This document shows positions 25,238-36,352 of a stretch of 64,000 nt of DNA, one piece after another (the first letter of the stretch is position 1; each line of letters starts with the position of its first letter). Position numbers and translations under genes: made by a program. The DNA lies in contig NC_090416.1 of the NCBI RefSeq assembly GCF_036365525.1, positions 14,790,945 to 14,854,944 of the forward strand, written 5' to 3'. The notes under the pieces are model-generated. The model searched no databases, was not told the origin of the DNA, and was given only the letters and a program-made list of their open reading frames with translations. The DNA comes from Heterodontus francisci (Eukaryota).

Positions 25238-26440
25238 GCACTATCTCTGCACCGGTCTCTGGCCCTGTCACTCCATCTGTCTCTGTATCTATCTGTCTCT
25301 CTATCCATCTCTCTATATGTCTCTGTATCTATCTCTCGGTCCAACTCTCTATCTATCTGTCTGCCTCTATATCTATATCTCTAGCCATCTCTGCACAATC
25401 TATCCATTTATCTATGTCTATATTCAACAATGTATCTAACTCTGTGCCTGTCTATTTAATTCTCTCTCTCTATATATCTATCTATCTATCTCTATTTACT
25501 GATCTATCTATCCCTCGGTCTCTCTCCAAGTTAAACAGATGCAAAAACCAATTTCCGACTTGTGTGTGAAATTACACATCAGTTTTGCCAAATTTCTTCA
25601 GTTGTTTAATTATTTTTCATAAACTTCTTTAACGTCAGTTTGTTTTTGCAGACTCTCCGCTACACACCTCCTGCGCTTTATCGATTTACGGGAGTTTGTC
25701 GGCGGCGGCGTTTCTCCTTCTCGGGATGGTTGTGTTCACCGCGGGAAGAAGCTGCAGGAAGCGGCAGTCAGGTACCGATTGTCGGGAGGCGCTGCAACTC
25801 CGCGGCGCTCTCAATCCATCCATTTATTACTGTGTTATTTGCTCTTTACACGTTAGCAGACTGGTTCAGTGTGAACTGTGGACATTGAGACTCACTTTAA
25901 GTTTCTCTTTCTATCAGGCAACATGAACAGTGATGAGGAACTGCCGGATTCCAGACCACGTGCACAAGAAAAGGAGGTAAATATGAATGAAATTGTTATG
26001 ATTACCTTTCACTGCTTTTTCATATAATTTTAACATTCATAATTATTGTTATATGAGTCGCGAAACTTCGCATACAAGGGGGGCAGAACCTTAAAATTAG
26101 AGCCAGGCTGTTCTAGGGGTGATGTCAGGAAGCATTTCTTCACACAAAGGGGAGTGGGAATCTGGAACTCTCTCCCCCCCAAAATGTGTTGAGGCTGCGG
26201 GTCAATTGGACAATGTCAAAACTGAGAGTGATAGATTCTTTGGAGGTAAGGCGGTTAAGAGATACAGAACCAGGGCGGGTAGATGTAGTAAAGATTTAAT
26301 TGAATGGTGGAACAGACTGGAGGGGCTGAATGGTCTCCTCCTGTTCCTATGATGATGATCTGGGTTGCGGTAATGGTTTCTATTTTCCCTCACAGACACT
26401 TTACGCTCGCCTGGCGGTTAACGCGGATCCCACACTCTGA
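23057..26440 (+). CDS. Type B non-rearranging VJ-C1-TM Ig-superfamily receptor, copy B1 (303 aa, TxYxxL tail)
   Basis: Exons: leader 23057-23099 (MSFLGVCALSHLIQ), VJ 23800-24138 (LNC..WYRQ..DSGMYYC..FGNGSTLVVT), C1 24243-24548 (LMCLV..LWNV..DGTYSVRSH..W..GVVCIC), stalk/TM 25652-25771 (DSPLHTSCALSIYGSLSAAAFLLLGMVVFTAGRSCRKRQS), cytoplasmic 25918-25976 and 26396-26440 (TLYARLAVNADPTL*). Sum 912 nt, open frame. Confidence 0.87.
25160..25520. repeat. (TCTA)n microsatellite and degenerate TCTA/TC tract in the B1 C1-TM intron
   Basis: Direct reading. Confidence 0.92.
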
Positions 26441-28839
26441 TGGGGAAAGGAAGCTCTCACACTCTGCTTCCGGGATATGACGTATTGTAGAAAGTTTCCT
26501 TTGTTTGGCCGGAGAATCTTTTCAGTCCAACTGGCGGCAATTTCAGCCAAATCTGGGCGTAATTTTCCGATTGCACCTAAAACGGAATCTGTGAATTCCC
26601 TCTGAATATCCGCTATTCTAACGATGATATATCGCCTGCAGTTTCACTTCAGTCTCGACATGTTTCCACTTTCTTGGATTGGTGATTTTTAATTGTATTG
26701 GACATCTTTATACAGCATATGAGCGGGATATAGTTCAAACAATCTTTACAATGTATCAGTGTCCGAGTTACAATTACAATAAAAGAGATTTGTAAATGAA
26801 TGATAGGTTTGTGATTCCAGTTGTTTAATGGTTCAGTCTAGATTCGCTCAGGATATCTCTCAGACCAATTTACAAAGACATTTAGAGAGCACATGTGTGT
26901 GGGTTAAAAATAGGCAGAAGTACTGACAGGAGAGTTCAGACACTGACTCGGGATTTAAGCTGCATTAATGTTCAAGCTGCAGTGTTAGTGAAGCCGAGCT
27001 TTCTCTGATTGTGTCCTGGGAGTGAACACTGTTACATTTACTCTTCAAACACAATATTTTAAATAAACCTGCTCTTTGAGATTGCAGTTCAGTGATTTCG
27101 GCAGTAAAATTGTGTTGAGTTTCACCTCCTGTTAGAATCATAGAATCACAGACACAAAGGGAGGCCATTCGGCCCCTTACCCATATGCCGGTGTTTAAAG
27201 AGGTGTGCAATTTAGTCTGAAACCCTAGTGATCTCCACACCATCCTCAAAATTAGTCCCCTTCCAGTACACGTCCAAGTAAATGCTAGTGTCTAATATTT
27301 CTTGGAACAGGATCCATCCGTTGTGACTGAAAACAGGTTGCTGGCGATGTGAATAATCACAAACGTTAACACAATTCGCTCTTCACATTAGAAAATTCGT
27401 CAAATGTGTGAGTAAACTTCAATGGTTCACTGAGATGGGATGATGGTATTCAGGGTCCACCTTTAATTCCATATACATTAAAACGCTGGGATTGAGACCA
27501 TTGGTGTGATGAGTACTGGATAATTGAATTGGTTATTAAACTCGGATCTCATCGGCAACCTCTTGTGATTCATGTCTCGAGCGGATAGAAACATTCTCAA
27601 ATTCACAACGGCTTATTCTGCTGTGAAATAAATTCTGTACAGATATTGTAAAGAGGATTTGGAGACACTTGTTAGATGATGCAGATGGATAAGGTCATTC
27701 TGCTCAACATGGCTCATTCACCGAGAAAGGGTCAGTCCTCCTCGCCCTTCAGGACAGTGAACTGTTTCTGAAATGACTCCAGGGGAGTTCACACACCCCG
27801 CCCAACCCAGAGGACCATTCCCAGTGCTGATCACTCTCTGTGTGATGAACCTCCTGTCATCAGTCCTCAATTTTCCTATTCATAGTTTGAACAGCTAATC
27901 CTACTGGCAACAGGTACATAGGAACAGGAGGAGGCCATTCAGCCCCTCGAGTTTGTTCCCTATTCAATTAGATCATGGCTGATCTGTCTCTTAACTCCAT
28001 CTCCCTGCCTTGGTTCCCTATCCCTTAATCCCCTTACCCAACAAAAAATGTCCATTACAGCACCGACATTGTCAATTGACCCCTTCCCAGCCTCAACAGC
28101 TTTCCTGAGGGGCCGAGTTCCAGATCCACCCCACTTTGTATGAAACAATGCTTCCCAACATCTACCCTGAACGGTGTGGCTGCAATTTTAAGGTTCTGCC
28201 CCCTCGTTCTAGACTTTCCCCCCACCAGAGGCAATAGTTTCTCTCTTTCACGTCATTTAATCATGTTAAACACCTCAATTCGTTCATCCCTTAATGTGAA
28301 TACTAGTATTTGCAGCTGTCACCCTGTTGTCTGCAGTACAGTTGTTTGTATTGTTCTCTGCCGTTTCGCACATCTATTCCCACATGCTCAGCAATCAGTG
28401 ATTTTGCTCCAGACTCTGCAATTACCACTTGTAACTCATTCTCTCAACGCACTGCGACTCTGTTCTGAAGCAGGTCTTGGGGCCTGAATGTCTCCCCCAG
28501 TGTTTGGGCTGCTTCTCTTCTCCAATTTAGCCAGACTACAAATCAGTTTCCATCTGGTCGACCATTATGTACAAATCGGGACTTGTGGTCGAACCGGGAG
28601 TACAGCGGGTGATGGGTGAACAGTGGGATTTGGTGCGAGTGAGGACGCAGGACAGCAGAGGTTACACCCCTAATTATTCTCCATTAGAGATACCGGGATA
28701 CAAGAAACACATTTATCCCACACGACTGCACCTCAACTCCGGGCTCCTTTGGGGGCCTGAATTAATTGTCCAGTGTGGTTATCATTTGAACATGGAAAGG
28801 TATTTGGGACGTCACCGGAAGGAAGTTGTGTTCCCGCTG

Positions 28840-30115
28840 TTTCCAAACCTCAGCTCCAAGGTGTGAAAAAGAGCGGCGCCTGGTGACGGCGAAACGCCAT
28901 CAGACACAGTCCCTCCCGGCCTTAACACATGTTGCTACTAGGGGCCTATTTGGTGACCTGAAGAACACAATTTACATCCAAATGTCAGCTATATTAAATT
29001 GAATCTGCTTCGAGATGAATTGACTGGAAATAATTAATGAATCCTTGAAATGTCTGAGTGATGCAATTAATGTTGTCTGCCGTTTATAACGAAATATACC
29101 AGCAGGTTAATAGCGGGGATTGTGGATTATCGCCACTGAACCTACTCTGTTACCATGGTTTTTTTAAAAAACGTTCTTCAAATATATTTTATCAATCAGT
29201 TACCGAAAACATTGCTATAAAGCTTAGTTGTGAGTTATGCTGAGAGATGATCTTATTTCCCGAGATTCACTCCTGTTGGATAATTCCGGATATTACAAAA
29301 TGCGGATTAATGGACACCAGGTTGAGCTCAATTTGATGCAGCTCCAGAAATTGTCGATTCCTGTCTAGAGGTCTTAACTGTAAGGAAAGATGGTACAGGC
29401 TGACGCTGTATTCCTAGAATAAAGAAGGCTGAGGGGAGTTCTGATAGAACTGAATGTCTTCCCCGTGATAGAGGTCTTTAAAAAGGTGAAAGGTTTTGGT
29501 AGGGTAAACGTAGAGAAGATGTTTACACTTGTGGGAGAAACAAGAAACTAAGGGACCATCACTATAAGATAGTAACTAATAAATCCAATCAGGAATTCAG
29601 GAGAAACTTCTTTCCCCAGAGAGTGGAGAGAATGTGGAACTCGGTACCACAGGGAGTGATTGAAGGGAATAGCAGAGATACATTTAAGGGGAAGCTGGAG
29701 AAACACATGAGGGAGAAAGGAATAGAAGGATATGGGGATAGGGTGAGATGAAGAGGAGGTGGGAAGAGGCTCGTAGGGAGCAGAAACACCAGCACGGAGC
29801 AGATGTGCCGAATGGCCTGTTTCTGTGCTGTGAATTGGACGTACTTGCAACTGGTGAAGGGCTTGTAGTCAAAGGGACACTCAAACATCTCTCACTCATG
29901 TCTGCTTTTCTCAATAGTATTTCCCCGACACGCTATACACCATAGTTATGCTGGGGAATCCGAGTTAAACCGCTCTCTATACAGACAGCGCCGCTGGTCC
30001 AAGTTTCCACCGAGACGCACTGTTACACTGTAGGTTCCGCCTGGGTCTATTGTACCGGAAGTCGGTTCGTGTCACAGTCACCCACGCGGAAACATGTCAG
30101 AAAAAAGGAATCCAC
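28840..30115 (-). pseudogene. Remnant E: decayed B/C-type C1 exon and probable TM exon
   Basis: Minus strand about 30115-29895 reads IPFF*HVSAWVTVTRTD/SGTIDPGGTYSVT/VSVETWTSGAVC with a stop and frameshifts, clearly matching the C1 of B/C. About 28957-28840 (after ttcttcag) loosely matches the B TM exon (ggcgtttcgccgtc vs ggcgtttctccttc); this part is less certain. Confidence 0.6.
29360..29830 (+). mobile_element. CR1-clade LINE 3' fragment
   Basis: agaaggctgagggg..cagagagtggagagaatgtggaactc..gggaagctggagaaacacatgagg, the same tail as the other CR1 copies. Confidence 0.7.
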
Positions 30116-31402
30116 TTCGAGGAAACACCACAAATATAATAAAGATCAAATATACTTTCATTAACATCAAAGTTTGGGAACATCGGGACAGGAGGAGGCC
30201 ATTCAGCCCCTTCGGTCTGTTATCGCGGAACTGGAAAAGGCCATTTAGCCCCTCCAGCATGACCACCATTCGATGAGACCATGGCTGATCTGTATCTTAA
30301 CTCCATCTACACGCCTTTGGTTCCATAATCCCAGCCAATGTCGACCAATCTCAGTTTTGACATTTTCAGTTGAGCCCTCCCCGCTTCCACAGATTTTGGG
30401 GATTTGGGGGGAGGGGGAGCGGTGACGAGAGGTGCAGATTTCCCCTCCCCCATTCTGTGAAGAAGTGCTTCCTGACTTCACCCCGAATGGCCTGGCTGTA
30501 ATGTAATTAACAAACTGTCCATTGACTATAATTACATAGAAGATGAATACACAGACCCCGCCCCCCTCCGATTAACATATTACATGTCTAGAATTCAAAA
30601 GGAATGACCCCTCCGCCATTCACACCCATTCCAAGGAACTCCAATGGAACGTTTTAACTCATGATACTGAATGTAAGTGGGAAAATATCAGTTAATTCAC
30701 ATTTTGCATAACTCGAGAGGACTAAACATTTGTCCAAACATCCTATACGGAGGGAAAATTATGGCAATGTACAAAATACCAATGGGTTTTTATTATTTGA
30801 TATACCAACTGCAATCTTCAATCGTTATCAAAACTAAAGGGATTCCATCGGAACCAGTATTTGAATGTTCAGATCCACCATCGCTGCTGATTGCTTTGAC
30901 ACAACAGGAATATGTTGTAAGAGCTTGAATGTAATCAAGATGGGAATTCTGCATGTCTTTGCAGCGGAGCTGGGAAGGGGCGCGGAATGCAGGAATCCTG
31001 AGGCTGAACTTGTAAATAAGAACAGGAGCGCCATCAAAATCGCAAACAGGGCCCATAAATGATGATCAACCGGCGGTGACCTGTGGCTAATAACACGTGG
31101 GAGTAAAGCACGGGAATGAGATAAGAAAGAACTTGCATTTCTATAACCCCGTTCACATCCTCAGGACATCCCGAGGCGCTTTACCGTACACATTTGAAGG
31201 GTGGTCACTGTTGTAATGTAAGAAATGCGGTCGCCAGGTTTTGCACAACAAGATCCAACAAATAGAAATGTGATAATGCTCAGGACACTTCGCTTACTGA
31301 TGTTGGTTGAGGGATAAATATAAATAGGGAAACCCCCTCACCTCCCCCCAACTCTCTTCTTCCAAAAATGCTTGGTAGGGCAGACGGGGCCCTCCGTTTA
31401 AA

Positions 31403-31750
31403 GTTTAGTTTAGTTTAGAGTTACAGCACTGAAACAGGCCCTTCGGCCCACCGAGTCTGTGCCGACCATCAACCACCCATTTATACTAATCCTACACTAA
31501 TTCCATATCCCTACCACATCCCCACCTGTCCCTATATTTCCCTACCACCTACCTATACTCGGGGCAATTACTAATGGCCAATTTACCTACCAACCTGCAT
31601 GTCTTTGGCATGTGGGATGAAACCGGAGCACCCGGAGGAAACCCACGCAGACACAGGGAGAACTTGCAAACTCCACACTGGCAGTACCCAGAATTGAACC
31701 CGGGTCGCTGGACCTGTGAGGCTGTGGTGCTAACCACTGCGTCACTGTGC
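31403..31750 (-). mobile_element. Full-length V-SINE (HE1-like)
   Basis: Reverse complement of the 17426-17780 element with a (CTAAA)n tail. Confidence 0.87.
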
Positions 31751-32264
31751 CGTGTCTCATCCGAAAGACGGTCTCTCCAACAGTGCAGCACTCCCTCAGT
31801 GCTGGCTCTGGGAGTGTCCTGGATTTTTGTGCTCAAGTCTCTGGATTGGGATTTGAACCTCTGATGCTTTGTCTCAGACCCGAGAGCGCCACCCATCGGG
31901 CACAGCGTGTGGGACAGGGAAGAGCCCGACACAGGAGACTGGCGGGATACAGATACTGAGTGAAACAGCTACTGAAATAATCACACAGTATCTCACCTTT
32001 CTTGAGTCTGATTTTTTTTATTGGAATAAGTAAGGGTGTATAAATTAATGTGTTCTCGGTGAATAAAACACAACACTCGGAATGAGGCGCATTTCCCCGT
32101 GCCCAGGTGAATGATACAAAGTAGTACAGTGTGTTGAATTCAGCACGACCTGCCTTTTGTCTACAGTTTCAACAGTCTGCACTGCACCCGGCCCTTCACC
32201 CGTGTTTAACACGAACTGTAACGTATTGGCCTTTGCAGGCAGATCTGTCCGTGGGCGCTGAACC

Positions 32265-32284
32265 TGTAAACAGGAAACCCACAG
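32265..32284 (+). promoter_or_regulatory. FOX:ETS plus RUNX-like promoter element upstream of type C
   Basis: TGTAAACAGGAAACCCACAG, about 180 bp upstream of the ATG at 32449. Confidence 0.55.
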
Positions 32285-32448
32285 CGCGAATTTATACCGC
32301 GCTGCATTTTCCAGCGGGTTATTTTTAAACGCACCACCAAATTTGCACAAATGTGCATTTTCACATGTCTTTGGAGCCGGGCCGAGCACAGAGACACCCG
32401 AGCAAAGAGTCAGTGTAAATCTCACAGCAACTGCCCCGTTAGCAGAGG

Positions 32449-35400
32449 ATGAGCTTCGGAATTCCCTGTGTGCTGTTGCATCTTTTCCCAGGTTTGTCCT
32501 CTTCAATTCTCATCCATGGCGGAATTCCAGCGAAAGATGACTGAGGTCGTCAGCAAAGTAGAAGATTGCTCCCCTACCTGTAGTCCCCTACCTATTAGTG
32601 TCGTGTTGAAGGGCTGCATTATCTCAGGCTGATTAAAACACACCAAGTGTCAACATTCTCCAATCCTTCTGAAGTCATGTTAAACCGAGGCCTCGTCTGC
32701 CCCTCTCAGGTGGATGGTAAAGATCCCACGGCCACAACTGGAAGAAGAGCGGGAGGGGGATGGGAATGGGGGTGGGGTGGAGGGGGAGTTGTTCTCCCCG
32801 GTGTCCTGAGGCCAATATTCATCCCTCAACTAACATCACTTATATACATGGTCCGGTCATTATCACATTGTTGTTCGTGGGATCTTGCTGTGTACAAATT
32901 GTTCGTGCTGTTTCCTACATTGCAACACTTCAAAGATGATCTTAATGGCTGTAAAGTGTCTCTCTCTGTCTCTTTTTCATGTTATTGCCTCAAGTTTATC
33001 CTCAGCCTTTGAGCCAATTATGATTGCTGATCATTAATGCCACGATGGTCCAGTTTATACTTTACTGTTGTAGCCATTTCCTCACATCAAACAGTATTTT
33101 TTCTGCCGTAACAGTCCGTCTTGTGATTATTTAGTTCTCTCAGTTATTGTCTGTCAGGCAATATCCCAGACTCCGGACTTTCAGACTGTCTCACATGGAA
33201 GTACCTTTACAGTGCATTGACAGCCGGGTTGGTTAGCAGGTGGAGTGGTTGACTGGTATAAACAGCTGCACCGGGAACATTTAAAACTGGTTTGCACCGT
33301 GACAAAACACGGCCTTCCAGCCGGAAGATTTTCCGGGGAAGTTAACGATGAATCGACTCTTTATTCTCTGATTATTCGGGGTGTGCAGGCAAATGATTCG
33401 GGCGTCTATTACTGTGTATCTAAGGAATTTAGCGGGCAGCCCTTTATGTTCGGAAACGCCTCGAAATTGCTCATTACAGGTAAGGATTACGTTTATTTGA
33501 CACATTTCATCTTAAATATGCAGGAATTGATGTCGAATGGTGATCACATCTTAATTCCCACCTCGGCAGGGTCTCCAGTCATGTTTCTCTTCACTCCACC
33601 GCCGGCTGAAATTTCCTCCATGGAAAGGGTCCCATTGATGTGTTTGGTAAGCGGCCTGTCTCCCCATTCCCTTCCCATCCGCTGGAAGGTTTCTGGACGG
33701 GTTACCGAGGAACAGACCGATTCCGGGACAATAGACCCGGACGGGACATACAGTATCAGGAGTCACATCAGCGTCTCGGCGGAAACTTGGAGCAGCGGCG
33801 CTGTCTGTACTTGTACTGTTCAAATCAACTCTACAGAGAATCTTATCAGTGAAAGTGTCTCATCTCAGAGAGGTAACTACTAACAGTGACCCTTTACTAA
33901 TGTATTTAATGCTGATTTGAGGCTTAGTGGTCTGCAATAACACTTTGTAAATTCAAAGACTTCCCTTTTCTCTGTGTCTATGCATCATTATCTCATCATT
34001 TTCCTCTCTCTTCTATGTCTCATGACTGCAATGTTTTTCTTTCTGAATTTTTGGTCTTTCTTTCTAGTTGGGACGAACATGTCTGGCGGGAGCAAAAGCA
34101 TCTTGACTCGTCGGAAATTTAAATTGTAAAATAAAACTTCCATTTCCAGTTTACCACTTTCTCCCTCAATGGCTATACTTTGTTAACTGTATTGCATCGA
34201 ATTTCCATCACAGAGACAGGCCATTCGGCCGAACTGCTCATGCTGGTGCTTCTGCTCCACACTAGCCTCCTCCCAGACATCTTCATCTCACCCTATCACC
34301 ATATCCTTCTAATCCTTTCTCCCTCATGTGTTTATCCAGTTTTCCCTTAAATGCATCTCTGCTAATCACCTCAGCCACTCCCTGTAGTAGCGAGTTCAAC
34401 AATAGAGGGGGCCATTACATTATTGGTTGTATTCTATAGGCCACTGTCTTTTGGGAAAGATGTAGAGGAAGAAGGGTGTCAAAGAATTAACAGAGATGTG
34501 CAAAGACTATCACGTGGTTATAAGGAGGGACTTTAATTGTCCTAACTTAGACTGGGATAGTAATAATGTAAAGGGCGGGGTGGAGAGTTTCTACAGTGTG
34601 TTCAGGAGAATATTCTAGATCAATGTGTTTCAGTCCTACGAGGAAAGAAGCACTTCTGGATCTTGTGCTGGGGAATGATGTGGGTCAAGTGGATCAAGTG
34701 TCAATAAGGACACATTTAGGTGCCAGTGATCATAGTATCACAAGGTTTAGTTTAGCTATGGAAAAGGGCAAGGAGCAATCCAGAGTGAAAATAATTAATT
34801 GTGGGAGGGCCAACTTCGACAGGGTGAGAACAGAACTGCCCCAACTCAACAATTGGCAGGCAAAATTGTAATGGAGAATAGACCTTCAAAGAGGAGATGG
34901 TTTGGGTACAGTCTAGTTAGATTTTCATGAGGGGGAAAGGTAGGACAAACAAATCCAGAGCCCCTGACTGATTGTGATAGATATCAAGATAAAACGGAAA
35001 AAGGGTGCACATGACAGATGTCAGGTGGATAATACAATTGAGAACCAGGCTGAATATTGAAAGTTCAGAGGGGAAGTGAAAAAAAAACAAATAAGAGAAG
35101 CAAAGGGAGAATGTGAGAAGAGACTGGCAGCTAAAAAGGGCAACCCAAAAGTCTCTGGGAAAAGGAGGAGTGGGGCCTATTAGGGCCCAAAAAGGGGATT
35201 CATGCATACAGGCAGAGGGCATGGTTGAGATGCTAAATGAGTGATTTCATCTATCTTTCCCAAGGAAGAAGATGCTGTCACTTCATGTTGAAAGCAGAGG
35301 CAATTGAGACAGTGGATGGGCTGACAACTTGATACAAAGGAGGCATTAGATCGGCTGGCTGGACTTAAAGCTGATAAATCTCCAGGACCAGATGAAATTT

Positions 35401-36352
35401 TTTCTTATCCTTCCATGGGATATGGCAAGGCCAGCATTTATTGCCCATTCCTAATTGTCCTTCAACTGAATGGATGACTTGGCCATTTTAGAGTACACTA
35501 CATTGTTGTGGGCCTGGAATTACATTTAGGGCAGAATGGCAGATTTCCTTCCTCAGAACATGAGTGAACCAAATCGGCTTTGTGACAAGCCAAGAGAGTT
35601 TCCTGCAATATTACTGAGGCAAGCTTTCAATTCTAGATTCTTATTCATTAATCGAATTTAAATTCAGTCAGCTGCTGTGGTGAGATTTGAACCCAGGTTT
35701 CCAGGTCATTAGCTTGGATCAGTGGATGATCAGTCCAGTGACATAACCACTACGTCAAAATCTGTCCCAAAAATTGGCTAAGGTTGAAGATGATTAAGGA
35801 TTCGATAGGGTTGATAAGAGAGAAACTATTTCATCTGGTGGGGGGAATCCAGAACAAGGCGGCAGAAATTTAAAATTAGAGCCAGGCCGTTCAGGGGTGA
35901 TGTCAAGGGGCACCTCTTGACACAAAGGGGAGTGGGAATCTTGAACTCTCTCCCAAATAGCTGTTGATCCCGGGGCGTGGTGGGGGAAAGGGGGCTCAAC
36001 TGAAATTGCCAAAATTGAGATGGATGATTTTTTTATTGGGAAATTGGATTAAGGGTTACAAAATCAAGGTAGGTAGATGGAACTAAGATACAGATCAGGC
36101 ATGATCTAATTGAATGGTGGAATATGTTTGAGGGGCTGAATGGCTGCCTCCTGTACCTCTGATGATGGTGTGGATCATGTTAGTGGTTCCTGTTTTCTCT
36201 TATAGTCTCTTTATGCTCGCCTGGCCTTTCATGCGGATCCCGCACTCTGCTTGGACCGGAAACCGAGCACTCAGAGTCTGCTTCCGGATATGACGTGTGG
36301 TAGAATGTTTCCTTTGTTTTGCCCTCATTTCGATTGCAGCCTGGAAGTTTGA
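32449..36352 (+). pseudogene. Type C VJ-C1 gene (B-related), probable pseudogene or null allele
   Basis: Leader 32449-32491 (MSFGIPCVLLHLFP); VJ 33144-33479 with in-frame TGA at 33218-33220 where the first canonical Cys should be (FTVH*QPG..WYKQ..DSGVYYC..FGNASKLLIT); intact C1 33570-33872; candidate terminal exon 34068-34129; TM and first cytoplasmic exons absent; orphan tyrosine-motif exon from 36206 (SLYARL..) with its stop mutated and running on to 36352. Confidence 0.8.
34400..35395 (+). mobile_element. Decayed CR1-clade LINE ORF2 fragment
   Basis: PTRKEALLDLVLGN..LGASDH endonuclease motifs. Confidence 0.8.

Larger units (their letters stand above)
1..34093 (+). repeat. Tandem segmental duplication, unit 1 (~34 kb)
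   Basis: Position 1 aligns to 34094. Genes, introns and old repeats are colinear with unit 2 (offset 33766 at the A start codon, 36471 at the B start codon). Confidence 0.92.

Noticed and set aside
30793-31056. V exon of remnant E
   Set aside because: No recognisable C..WY.Q..D.G.YYC pattern in the minus-strand frames examined.
33218-33220. Selenocysteine recoding of the TGA at the V-domain Cys
   Set aside because: No SECIS recognised; all paralogues have Cys; a point nonsense change is far simpler.
33245-33883. 212-aa single-exon V-linker-C ORF from the ORF track
   Set aside because: It reads through a 90-nt intron (33480-33569) with canonical GT-AG sites positioned as in the paralogues.
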